NCBI GenBank assembly: GCA_002269645.1 | Contig: NIVC01000517.1 | Span: forward strand, 89,043 to 153,042 | DNA length: 64,000 nt | DNA from: Macrostomum lignano | Taxonomy: Eukaryota | Reading direction: 5' to 3' | Part shown: in pieces, positions 47,925 through 60,945 of the stretch | How positions within the stretch are numbered: position 1 is the first letter of the stretch | Layout: each line of letters starts with the position of its first letter | Notes under the pieces: generated by a model | Database searches by the model: none | Told to the model about the DNA's origin: nothing | Seen by the model: the letters and a program-made list of their open reading frames with translations, nothing else | Made by a program: the position numbers and the translations under genes

Positions 47925-48466
47925 GCTGGCTGGCCGAGCAACTGGGGATCTGGGAGGCTGGTTGAGCAACTGGGGATCTGGGAGGCTGGTTGAGCAACTG
48001 GGGATCTGGGAGGCTGGCCCAGCAACTGGGGATCTGGGAGGCTGGCCCAGCAACTGGGGATCTGGGAGGCTGGCCCAGCAACTGGGCATCTGGGAGGCTG
48101 GCCCAGCAACTGGGGATCTGGGAGGCTGGCCCAGCAACTAAGGATCTGGGAGGCTGGCCCAGCAACTGGGGATCTGGGAGGCTGGCCCAGCAACTGAGGA
48201 TCTGGGAGGCTGGTTGAGCAACTGGGGATCTGGGAGGCTGGCCCAGCAACTGAGGATCTGGGAGGCTGGCCCAGCAACTGAGGATCTGGGAGGCTGGCCC
48301 TGCAACTGGGGATCTGGGAGGCTGGCCCAGCAACTGGGGATCTGGGAGGCTGGGCCAGCAACTGAGGATCTGGGAGGCTTGCCCAGCAACTGAGGATCTG
48401 GGAGGCTGGCTCAGCAACTGAGGATCTGGGAGGCTGGCCCAGCAACTGGGGATCTGGGAGGCTGGC
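47925..48466. repeat. 28-bp minisatellite, array 2 (same unit and orientation as 44810-45540)
   Basis: Same unit, directly upstream of the PSMB7 ATG. Confidence 0.97.
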
Positions 48467-49224
48467 GATAAACCCAGAAACAATAAAGACAAGAAACTAA
48501 AAAGGTATAAATGAAAATAATAATTACAAACAAGTTTCAATTGAAAGACCAAAAAAATCAAATCGTTCTTTTTTTCATCGTGTATTTCGTCAGCGGCTAC
48601 ACTACTTTAAAGCAGTAGTAAAGTAGCAATTTTATTACTATTATTAGTTCAAAAATCATGATCACACAGCATAGCAGAGCAGAGGAAACTTTTAATTTAA
48701 TTTGGTTACTGATCTTTAACGATAAATGTAGTTTTAACAAAAAAGGCGGAAAATTAAAACAAAAACGGGACAAAAAAGTCTCAAGACACTGTTGTTAGTA
48801 GTGCGCTGTGGTTTTAGAGACAGAAGACAATCAAAGTAGTTTTCTGGGGATGCCAATAAAAAATAAGCCAATTTATTAATAGACAAGAATAATGAATAGA
48901 ATGGAAAGGTGAATTCCTATTGTTTCAATAAATAGTTAAATGAATCAAAAAACACATGCAGTTTTTTAGACACAATAAACATTTACTATATCATTAGTGA
49001 ACGGATAACAGATAATACAGAAGCCAATCATTAGTGATCAGTTATTTATAACCATTATATTCGTATATGCAATCGGTCTGAAGGATGCACTGCAATGAAT
49101 AAAAACAGAAACAGTGCAATAGTCAAAGATGCACTCATGCACAGTGAGATTTGCCCTACAGTCGGGAATCTTTCAACACAGATAATGTCAATAATCAATA
49201 ATAATTAATTACACCTGTACTTTA

Positions 49225-49478
49225 ACAGCCGCAGCTATTTTGCGCGGCGCATTTGCAGGCTGCGTACGGCTGTTCAGTCCCAGGACTGTGGGATCCTCAC
49301 ACACCCTCAATTACACCCAGCTAATGCTGGCACCCATTTTACAGCTGGGTGAGCTGAAGCAGCAATGCAGAGTTAAGTGTCTTGCTCAATGAGACGAATT
49401 GTTCCGAGTGAGATCAGGAATCGAACCCTCGACCTTTTAGTCGTGAGGCCGACGCTCTGACCACTAAGCTTCGTCCCC
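49225..49478 (-). mobile_element. tRNA-derived SINE with Deu/Nin-like central domain
   Basis: Head AGCTTAGTGGTCAGAGCG..GGTTCGATTCC, then TTGAGCAAGACACTTAACTC..CCCAGCTGTAAAATGGGTGCC. Confidence 0.8.
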
Positions 49479-49836
49479 CCAGATCAAACGGAAAATCATC
49501 ATAGTATACTACTGACAGGTAGCTGTTAGTAGTAGTAGTAAGCCAACGCAAGGATGAAAAGGTTAAAAATAAGCTTGGATAGACTGCAGGGAAGGATTTA
49601 AAAAAGCAAGAATTAACAGTCTTAGGCACTGACTGAACAAACCATTTGATTATTATAATAACAATATATTATATAAGCAATTTCAATACTTACAGTAGGA
49701 ACCGAGATCTGACACAATAAAACAGTGCACAATGCAGACTACAGCGCTTGCATGGCATGCTAAAGCTAATATCTGCAATGATCCGGATGACAAGCACAAA
49801 AGCGCAGCAGATTCAGTTTAATCAATAAATTCAATC

Positions 49837-52800
49837 TCAGAAGAGATCGGGACACTTGGACCATTCGCTGCGCTGTTTGCAGTCCCAATACTCGCCAGTG
49901 AAGCAGTGGATTGTGCCACCACTGATCGGATCCTTCTTGGGCTTGAACCAGGCTGCCTGATGGTCGGATGATCCGTGGCCTGCGGGTTATTTGATTACAG
50001 CGATTTTTTGTGGTATTATACCACTTAGACTACTGAAAGTAGGCTCCTGTGGGTTATTTGATTACAGCGATTTTTTGTGGTATTATACCACGTAGACTAC
50101 TGAAAGTAGGCTCCTGTGGGTTACTTGATTACAGCGCTTTTTCGTTATTATACTAGTTAGAGCACTTAAAAAAGGCTTAATTAGTCTACGAGTTTGTTAC
50201 AGTTACAGCGATATTTTAATTATACTAATGAGGCTACTTAAAGTACGATACTTTGGGTATGGTTTTTTAAAAAAAACCAGTCTTTTGTTAGTTTGTAGAT
50301 TTTATCTGTGGTAATAATTTACTAAGACAACAACAGCTAGCTAGTAAAACAACAATTTGAAAAAGATTAATTTACCTTACTTAAAGTAATAAATGGAAGT
50401 GAGAAATGCAGCGCTACTGTTAGACACATTCTGTTAAAACTATATACGTGCATTACCTGAGGCATTGGCGTTGCTATCTTGTTCACAATCTAAAACAGCG
50501 TGTTGTTTCAGCACATAAACAGTTAGTTGCTTTCAAACAAGTTTCTGAGCTATAATGTACTTCTGTAGTTTGAGGCATCGATGACACAGCACAGACAAAA
50601 TCGTTTTTGGTTTAAGCAAATATGATAATACCAATCATAGTTTTGATTAACGTCAGATTAGCAATCGTTAACGATAAAAATTAATTTAGCAATTCACTTC
50701 AACAACCTAATGAGATAGATTAGCAATCCGTTTCGATGGAAACCCAATGAGATAGATTAGCCATCCGCTTCCACTGAAACTCAATAAGATAGATTAGCCA
50801 TCCGCTTCCACTGAAACTCAATAAGATAGATTAGCCATCCGCTTCCACTGAAACTCAATAAGATAGATTAGCCATCCGCTTCCACTGAAACTCAATAAGA
50901 TAGATTAGCCACCCGCTTCCACTGAAACTCAATAAGATAGATTAGCCACCCGCTTCCACTGAAACTCAATAAGATAGATTAGCCATCCGCTTCCACTGAA
51001 ACTCAATAAGATAGATTAGCCATCCGCTTCCACTGAAACTCAATAAGATAGATTAGCCATCCGCTTCCACTGAAACTCAATAAGATAGATTAGCCATCCG
51101 CTTCCACTGAAACTCAATAAGATAGATTAGCCACCCGCTTCCACTGAAACTCAATAAGATAGATTAGCCACCCGCTTCCACTGAAACTCAATAAGATAGA
51201 TTAGCCATCCGCTTCCACAGAAACTCAATAAGATAGATTAGCCATCCGCTTTCACTGAAACTCAATAAGATAGATTAGCCATCCGCTTCCATGGAAACCA
51301 AATGAGATAGATCAGCAATCCGCTGTAAAAGTACATTGAGAACCCACTTACCAGCAGAAGAAGCGGCTTCAGCATCGGCTTCGTTCTGACGCCGTTTAGC
51401 TCGCTGTTTCTCTTCCAGCCTGACCTTCTCCTTGTTGGCGTCATCCCAGCGTCCTTCCTCCATCAGTCGCTGATCCGGTCGCAGTCGAGAGTCGGTGGGC
51501 GCAACGCCTTCCTCCGGCTCGTTGAGCTCCATAGCGAACTTGGTAAAGTTGTACATTCGTTCGGCATTGGGCAGGATTGGATTGCGCTTCCACAGAACCA
51601 CGGCTGGTTTAGTCTCGGCCACCTGCTTAGCCTTGCTATCGTCAACTTTTAATACGCGAGCACCTTCGATTAGGTCGTCCCAGGTGCCAGTGATGACGTA
51701 ACGAGTGACGCCAGTTTTGTCGGTAATGACGCCAGTGACTTTACGCGGCGTCTCACGCGAGAAATAAGAATACGGCTTGTAGGTGAGGCGGCAGATATCA
51801 CCTAATTTGAAGAAAAGAAAAGGGTAAAAAGTTTCAAATAAAAGTTTCGAAATATTTAAAAACCTTATTTAAAACCTTTAAGGATTATGTTTCAATTTAA
51901 CGATAAAACTCGCTATATGCCTACTGATTCCTATGATTTGAGTAGGCTATATCGCATATAGTTTTTGTGTTGTGATAAGATAATAATAATTGTAATTATA
52001 AGCGATCAAAACCCGGGGCTCTATAATTAGGCAGATATTTAATCGACAGCTCAGCCGCTTTTAGTCCAAGAACTGGGGGGGGTCGCCACACACCCTCAAT
52101 TACCCCAGCTAATGTTGGCACCCATTTTACAGCTGGATGAACTGAGATGCAATGCAGAGTTAAGTGTATTGTTCAAGGACACAAATTGTTTCGAGTGGGT
52201 CTCGAGAATCGAACCCGCGACCTTCCAGTCGTGAGTCCGACGCTCTAACCACTAGGCTACAATTGCGATTAATTATAATAAAATTATATTATTTCAACCT
52301 ATTTGCGTATTGGAGTATTGAACTTTACAAAAACAGTAGCCTGTATTAAACATACACATTTTCAAAGAAGAATTCCACATAATTTTTTATATATTACCTG
52401 TCGTATGATTAACAATATCCATATCGCCGTGATTATCAATCCACAATTTACCAACAATAATATTGTGCACTGTGCTGGTCACCTTACGCCAGGTGTAATG
52501 ATTGCCCGATTGTTTAAATAATAGATGGGCAACGCCCTGCGGTATGATTGACAGGTATTTGCCGCGAAATTTGCTGGACATTGTGAACTCTTGCCAGGTT
52601 GTCCAACCCGCTTTGCTTTCAACGTGAAATGCGGCAGCTGGCGGGTGATGACTCACCTGCAGATTCGTTTCAAAATGATTGAATAAATATCTATAGCTAG
52701 TGGTGTACTTTTAATTAATAAGTGCTCTATATAAACTAGAAATGGTTATTTTAAAAATCGCTGTACCCCTAACCAGAATCTTCTATATAAGGGTGTACTT

Positions 52801-55800
52801 GTCACACAACCGGCCAGAGGCATTACTACCCATTCCGCCGACTCCTCAGTCATACGCAAAGGCACACACTGACTCAGGAGTGTACAGCGGCATTGTGCCT
52901 TGGAAGTTGGCTCTAAATGGCGTTAATTGTACAAGCAGAGCCACGCCGGAATTTCAATTTAGCCCCGAACAAATGTGACAGCAATTGAAATCGAACCTGG
53001 GCCGCTGGCACGTAGGAGCGCCGTACAAGGCTCGTAGGCTAGTTGTTAGAGATGCTAGACTAGTTGCCAAGAGCGCTAAACTAGTTGCTAGGGACGCTAA
53101 CTAGTTGCTAGGGTCGCTAAGCTAGCTGCTAGGACCGCTAAACTAGTTGCTAGGGCCACTAAACTAGTTTCTAGGGCTGCAAGACTAGTTGCTAGAGACA
53201 CTATACTACGATAGTAGTTTATTAAAGGCACAAAAAACGAGATTTTACGAACCCATCACGAAACAATCCAGAAAAAAGTAGTAATAAATCATAGTTGAAA
53301 ATATGCATAAAAAATCGACCCAGTTACCTGTTCGGCCAGCGATCTCCAGCCTAAATCTTCAGTCCGATCGAATTCGTAAGTTTCGCCTAACAGCGGATTA
53401 AAGGGCTTAGCACTTCGAACAGTAGTAGTGGAGTAAGCGCTAATTGTATAGGCAGCAACGTAGGCTAACTGCTCCCATTGATCGGCAGCTTGAGCAGCTT
53501 TGTCTAAACAGTTGGAGTACTCCAGTTCCTCAGTGATGCGCTGCAGCATGCTCAGGGGTTCGCTAAAGTTCACCGGCATAGGTATCTTGCTCAGCTCTTT
53601 GCCGATGCAGTTCTTCATGATGCTCCACAGGTTCAAACTGTAATTAGGCCGCTCAGGTATCGCAGAGCGCCGCACCCGGATTGAAGAGGATGGGCGAGTG
53701 GCTACGGCTGACTTAGCGCTATCCTGACTGATGCCCGATAGTCTCTGCTGTTGCTGCTCCTGCTGTTGCGGTTTCTGCTTTCGCATGCTCGGCTGTGATC
53801 GCTTGTTTAGAATCACCTGCGCATTTGGTAAGGAATTGTGGAATAATATTGTTAATATTAACATTAATAACATTGCGATTAGTCTCTATTGAAGTGCTGA
53901 CAGCTTTGATATAACTCGTAACTCAACATGCAAACTGAAGCTGATTAAAAAATCATAATTATTATGATTTGGCCATAGATTTTTCACATTGTCAGGCTCG
54001 TATATGTACAAATTTTGCTTCAAAAATAGGCAAAAACAGCGACATTCCTTATTTATGCTTTCAAGTTTAAAAATAATTTGGGCGTTATTTAGGGCGACTT
54101 TTGGAATAAGGGCGATTCTGGAAGGGAGAAGAGAGATTCTATGAGGGAGAAGGGCGACTCTGGGAGGGAGAAGAGAGATTCTATGAGGGAGAAGGGCGAC
54201 TCTGGGAGGGAGAAGAGAGATTCTATGAGGGAGAAGGGCGATTCTGGAAGGGAGAAGAGAGATTCTATGATGGAGAAGGGCGATTCTCAGGAGGGAGAAG
54301 AGAGATTCTATGAGGGAGAAGGGCGATTCTCAGGAGGGAGGAGGGCGATTCTCGAGAGGGAGAAGAGAGATTCTATGAGGGAGAAGGGCGATTCTCAGGA
54401 GGGAGAAGAGAGATTCTATGAGGGAGAAGGGCGATTCTCAGGAGGGAGAAGGGCGATTCTCGAGAGGGAGAAGAGATTCTATGAGGGAGAAGGGCGATTC
54501 TCGGGAGGGAGAAGGGCGATTCTCGGGGGGGGGGGAGAAGGGCGATTCTGGGAGGGAGGAGGGCGATTCTCGGGAGGGAGAAGGGCGATTCTCGGGAGGG
54601 AGAAGGGCGATTCTCGGGAGGGAGAAGGGCGATTCTCAGGAGGGAGAAGAGAGATTCTATGAGGGAGAAGGGCGACTCTGGGAGGGCGAAGGGCGATTCT
54701 CGGGAGGGAGAAGGGCGATTCTCGGGAGGGAGGAGGGCGACTCTGGGAGGGAGAAGAGAAATTCTGAGAAGCAAGGGGTCTTTTTTATTGCACAAGATCG
54801 AACCCAACTAGACACATGCAAAACAATTGCCAAGTCAGTAAAGAGCGATTTCTGAGCAGACCAGCTTCAACGGGTGCAACAAACCTTCAGCTGCCGACTG
54901 TCCCGACGCCTGGCCTTAACCTCCTCTTCGTCCTCCTCGTAGGACACGTCCGATTCGTAATCATCAGCGAAGGCCTCTTTGTTGGCAGCGTTGATGTCGG
55001 ATACTCCGCCGCCGCTAGATGACGCGTTGGAAGATGAACCGCCGGGTGCGGCGACGCCCTGATCAGTCGGCGAGGTCGACAGTCCGCCAGCTGAGGCGGC
55101 AGACGGTGTCGTATTCGGCAGGCTGATCTTGATAACCTGCTGGTTCTCCTCCAGGCCCAAATTCTCTTCGGCGTCGTGGAATTCTTCGTCGCTATCGTCG
55201 CTGGCTGCGCCGCCTGCGGTGGTGTCGAAATGGGCGATTCTTAGGGTGAGATGGTGACTATCAGGGGGGAGATAAGCGACTCTCAGGGTGAAATAGGCGA
55301 TTCTCAGGGTGAGATGATGATTATCAGGGGTGAGATAGGTGATTCTCAGGGGTGAGATGGACAATTCTCAGGGTGAGATGGTCGATTGTCAGGGTGAGGT
55401 GGGCGATTCTCAGGGTGAGATGGGCGATTCTCAGGGTGAGGTGGGCGATTCTCAGGGCGAGATGGGTGATTCTCAGGGTGAGATGGGCGATTCTCAGGGT
55501 GAGGTGGGCGATTCTCAGGATGAGATGGGTGATTCTCAGGGGTGAAATGGGCGATTCTCAGGGTGAGATGGGTAATTCCCTGGGTTGAGATTAGCGATTT
55601 TCAGGGTAAGATAGGCGATTCTCATGGTGAGATAAAATATTTTTTATCATAATAAATTCGCATTGCTAAGATGAGATCGATCGTCCGTAACTTCTCGTGG
55701 TGAAATATGCCATTAAAATTGGACTCACCTCGCTTAAGCGTTCCTCTCTGCTGAGTGCCGGATCCGGACGGGAAGCCCGGATGGCTGCAGCTGAGACCCT

Positions 55801-58800
55801 CCTGCGATATGATTTTCTTCTCTAGCGAGCTGTGCTGCTTAGCAAGCTGCTCAACCATGTCCTGCAGCTGCTGGCGTTGGCCTCTCTCGTATTCTAGCAG
55901 GCGTTTCCAGCGTTTGCCTTCGTTGGCCAGGAAATCGCCGACGTCTTTGCATGACTGAATCGAATTGAGGGTCGCGATGAGGGATTACAGAAATTATAGT
56001 GCTAGGCGAAAGCCAGGACTGTAGACTGAGCTTTAACGGCTAGGTGGTAGACTTGAACAGCATGCTTGCTGGATTTGAATGAGTCTCAGGGCGGATTGTG
56101 GACGAATCTCGGGGCGGATTGTGGACGAATCTCAGGGCGGATTGTGGACGAATCTCAGGGCGGATTGTGAACGAATCTTAGGGCGGATTGTGGACGAATC
56201 TCAGGGCGGATTGAGGACGAATCTTAGGGCGGATTGTTGACGAATCTCAGGGCGGATTGTGGACGAATCTCAGGGCGAATCGTTAACGAATCTCAGGGCG
56301 GATTGTGGACGAGTCTCAGGGCGGATTGTGGACGAATCTCAGGGCGGATCGTGGACGTCTTATGGCGAATTGTGAACGAGTCTCCGGGCGGATTGTAAAC
56401 GAAACTCAGGGCGGATTGCGGACACGTCTCAGGGCGGATTTGATTAAGAGACGAATCTCAGGGCGGATTGATTTAGAGAAGAATCTCTGAAGGCGGTTGA
56501 CTAAGGAAAATTTCTCAATACAAATTGTAGAATGATTTTCAGAGAGTTGGAAAATAGCAGTACAGAAGGTTATAATTGAGCACTCACATTGAGCATAGCG
56601 TTAAGCATAATTTTTTGCATAGCGGTCCGCTCTTTCAGCGCTTTGACAAGAGTGTCCTCGCCCGGACCCTCTCCGACGGGTTGGCGCCGATTCTCAAACT
56701 CGGACAATAGGCGAGACAGAGTTTCGCCGTTGTGATTTAGCGTCTGACTGAAGTTGCGCAAATCTGTGAGCTTCTGATCAATCTGAGCAATTAGTTGTTC
56801 AACCTCCTTGGAGTCTGTGCCCATGTTGATCTCGCCATCTTCAGAGCCGGTGTCTGTCAATCAAGCGTAGAATTTTTTTATTAGAAATAGCTCAATGCTC
56901 AATCTAGGTTAGACTCGACCGTCGCGGATATAATAACTATGTCATAAATAATAACTCTACAATACTTACCAGCTGCCATAGCAGACAGAGCTTTGGATCT
57001 AGCCAACTCTAAAGCAGTTACCCACTTCTGTCGATCCACTTCAGTTGGCGCTTTCAAATGAAACGTCTGCGTGCCGCTGTTCTTGATTATAAAAGTGCAA
57101 GAATCGTATGGCAGTATCTGGGCGTTAGCCAGGTTGATTGTGCCGCGGCAGGTGTGGGCCATCTCGGCGTGGTTCCTTTGGGGGCGGGGTTGTGAATTTG
57201 CTCACAATAAACAATTTCATCAGTAGCTTAGATACATAGACCAAGCGACATTAGAAATATGATTGCAATAGGAAGTATCTGAAAAAAACTAATTTTCTTT
57301 AAAATTTCCATAGCAACAATGTAATTTGTTGATTGCTACTATGCTGAATCTGGTGTTGCTTTACTTCTTGGACGAGTCTAACCTAGATTGAGCATTGAGC
57401 TATTTCTAATAAAAAATTCTACACTTGATTTACAATGCTTTACTATGACTATGCTATGCTGATTGATATAATGCTATTTATCATATTCTGCCATTTTAAC
57501 ATGTAAATGCCACTAGGTATAGAACCTATTGGCATAATAGGATTTTGAAAATGTGAGTATCACTAAATTTGAGGAAAGAGTCAAAATCAGAAAAAGTTTT
57601 GTGCTTTTTTGCTATATATAAATATTAAACAAGCAGGCTTATATGTGCTATCAATAGTCAGAAGAAGACTAACTTATTAAAACCAAAAAGAACTGTCATC
57701 TGATTTATCTTATTATAGTATTTCAAGGAATGGTTCAATGTCTAGATTTGTGGAAAGATCATTTTAAACATTTTAATTTTCATTTACCACTTTTAAATAA
57801 ATCACTTTTAGCCACCTTGCTAAAATAGATACTGCTTGGCCTTTTTTCAAACAAAAGTTTTCTTATTTTCATTTCTTATTATTCATTAAAATAGGGGGGG
57901 GGGGGTATATCCTTATACTCCTCTTTGCTATGCTACCAATAGAAGCTAAGCAAATATTCCCAACAAAGAGATAGCATAGCATATCTATATACACAAATTT
58001 TGTGCTGTTCATCTGTCTGGCTGATTTTTTAATGAGCTTGAACAATTGTGCATCATTTCTTTGATTGACTATTCAAAAAACATTTTTATATAATTTCAAA
58101 AGGCACTCTATTTGAATTTTGAATTTGAATTCCTCCTTTGGAGGGCTTAGTACACAAGTTATAGCAAAAATATAGCAAGTTTGCTAGCAAGAAACCTACT
58201 AGCCAAAATTTTAAGCAAGATAGGGCCTATCAACCTAAGCTTATAAAGTAGAGCTTAAGTAATCTATACACAAAAAAGATACATTATTTTGCTTACAGTG
58301 TTACTAAGAAGATAGGTTTAGCAAAAAGCAATAAAAATTGGCCATACTCTCAAATTTGTTACACAATTTACTAGAAAAAAGACCCCTGGCCTTAAATTCA
58401 AGTTTAGAATATAAAAAAATATTGCAGATAATATATATGCCAAAATGAAATTATAACACTGCACCAAATTTTAATTCAATTTTAGGTTCCTTTTTGTAGT
58501 CTTGAAAAAGCTTTTTTCAAATAGAAAAATCTTTAAATAAATGCATAATGTATATTGTTTCTTGTTTTATATTTAGTTATAAAAACATTTTTTAAATCAT
58601 TTTTTCAAAATAGATATACAATAATTGTTGCTTATTGTTTATTATTTAGTTGTAAACATTTAAAAAAATAATTTAAAAAAAGTAAATATTAATATGCCAC
58701 AATGGCTATGCCATGCACTGGCACAATGGCACATAAATTTACCATGTATGACAGTTTAAGTGTATATAATATTTTTGCAAAGTAACTATTGGCACTTAAT

Positions 58801-60912
58801 TATTCTATCTAATTGTATATCTTGTGCAGGGCAATCTATATTTTTATGATCATCAATGCTTTTAAATTTGTGCCTAAAATTAAGTAAACAATTTGTTATA
58901 CTGTACAATTTTTCCATAATATTTTACGAATTAATTTTTTGTTTAAAACTACTCAAAATTTTAGTATAAATAGATGCGATCTGGGCCAAGGAGAGAGCAA
59001 CTAGCTTCTGAGCAGTTCTTAAGAAAGAGAGCAATTAAGCGAATAGTAAGAGTTCCAAGTGAACGTTATTGAAGATTGTTTTCCAAGTTATTCATTTGTA
59101 GAAGAGAAGTGAAGTGGCAGAGAACACATACAGTATATACTATTGAGAAGTGGAAGTAGTAAGAGACTACAAAGTAGATCCTTAATCGATACATGAAAGA
59201 ATAACTGGAGGCTGTGACCCTCTGATCTTGGTAACGCCCAGGACTTGGAAAGTACATGCAATACATATACCAGTAAGCCAATATAGTACTCAGGCTAGAA
59301 TAACAGTAAACGCTACCAGAATAATAATAAATGCTACTGGAATAACAGAAGAATGATACTTGTAAGGGCTAAATAGTTCTAAGAACAATATACTCAGACA
59401 AATTCTCAAATATATACTCAGGCAACTACTCAGATATATCCTTATACTCCTCTGACTAATTCCAAAAAACATTTTTCAGACTTATTCAAAGATTAATAAA
59501 CTTAAAATTTATTAATAGAATAGTCTTGGTGGCAGCTACCAACATTAAGACATTATAAAGATAGAAGTTTAGCCCTTCAACAACTTTGGTGGCAGCTTTA
59601 GGATATTCAATAATAGGAATTAGAAAAGTAGCCCTACAATAGCTGGTTGCAATGGTGGGATAATTTCAGTGAGAGCAATCATGCCTGTTCAAATCTACAC
59701 CTATTGTTTGACATGATAAGCAGATTTACTTTAAATACTTTTTTGTTTAAATCTTAATATTCCAATTTTAAATGACTATAGAGTATAAAAATAGATAGAA
59801 TTTCTCTGTACTCTGTTTGTATAGTTTATAACAATCTGTGTATCTAATTTAAAAGTAAACAATTTTGTGTTTACTTTATGTCTGCTATACTGTATATAGT
59901 ATTTCTTTTTTATTGTATTTTCTACTGTATGTATTTGTTTTTTGCATATATAGTTTTATATAATGTAGCTTAATTTGTTTTAATGACCAATATTATTAAA
60001 TAAATATAATCATCGATCATTGTTTGTAAGAGTTCGCCACTCTGATTTTGTACTTACGGCTGAGAATTCAAAAGAGGCTTCTTGGCATTCATTTCTTTAC
60101 AAGTTTGTTGCTTGTCACTCTTGGTTTTATGCTAGCTCTAATACTTAATAGATAAATATATTGAATAGTTTGCAGCTTTTTTGACAGTATTTCAATAGCT
60201 TCTTGTAAATTGCCTCGTTCACTATTCATACATGTGTAACCTTGGGAATTATTTGTCCATTTCTATTGGCAATACACACATGTAAGTTGCTATTAGTATT
60301 GGCTAAGTGTCCAATAGTGACTTACATGTATGTTGCCAATAAAAACAATCGGGTGAATCTCTAGGTTATGCTGAAGCATGTCACTATTGCTTCTTTACTA
60401 TATATAAATCCTAATAAACCAGTATACAGCTCATCAACATTAACAAAAGAAAAGTACATACAGGTTTATAACCCCTTTGTCACAATGGCATAGCTTTTTG
60501 TATACTAGATAGGCCTCCTATTATATGCCAAGCATATTCTTAAACTAAGGTCCATTGTAGGCCAGCATTTTTCAATATATAGATAAGATTTAGGAGTAGG
60601 AAAATAGGAGACAACAAACAAAAGGATAATAAAAGACTATCATATAACCTTAAGTTCATAAAGTAGAACCTGTAGTAATGCTTAATTAGTCCTTAATTTA
60701 GAATTAAGGTGAGCGCTATCATTTTTTATGTGGCATGTTTCGCCTCACGTCAGGCATCGTCAGGCTCTTAAAATTAGTAATGATTTATTTGTTCAATAAA
60801 TTTAACAATTAAGACTAAGAATTGGTCGATAAAAGTCAGAAATGTATATAAATTACCAGTAGGTTGTACAGTCCAACGGAGCACTCACAGAGTTGCAATG
60901 AGGGGAGAAAGG

Positions 60913-60945
<33 letters not shown>

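Noticed and set aside
44770-48561. Pro-rich repeat ORFs (QLLGQPPRS...) and the SQSV ORF
   Set aside because: Frame-cycling translations of the 28-bp arrays and (CAGT)n.
50705-51320. CRISPR-like array (37-bp period; likewise the 30-34-bp arrays)
   Set aside because: Head-to-tail units with no unique spacers, eukaryotic intronic context, no cas genes.
49400-52262. tRNA genes at ~49400-49478, ~52190-52262 and ~44660-44735
   Set aside because: A/B boxes run directly into shared SINE bodies, with no convincing acceptor stem.
54141-55588. Arg/Glu/Gly-rich and MGDSQGE ORFs
   Set aside because: Translations of OSBP intronic minisatellites.
59066-59472. Short ORFs in OSBP intron 1 as the missing PH-domain exon
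   Set aside because: The true first coding exon is 62284-62402 and joins 57175 in phase.
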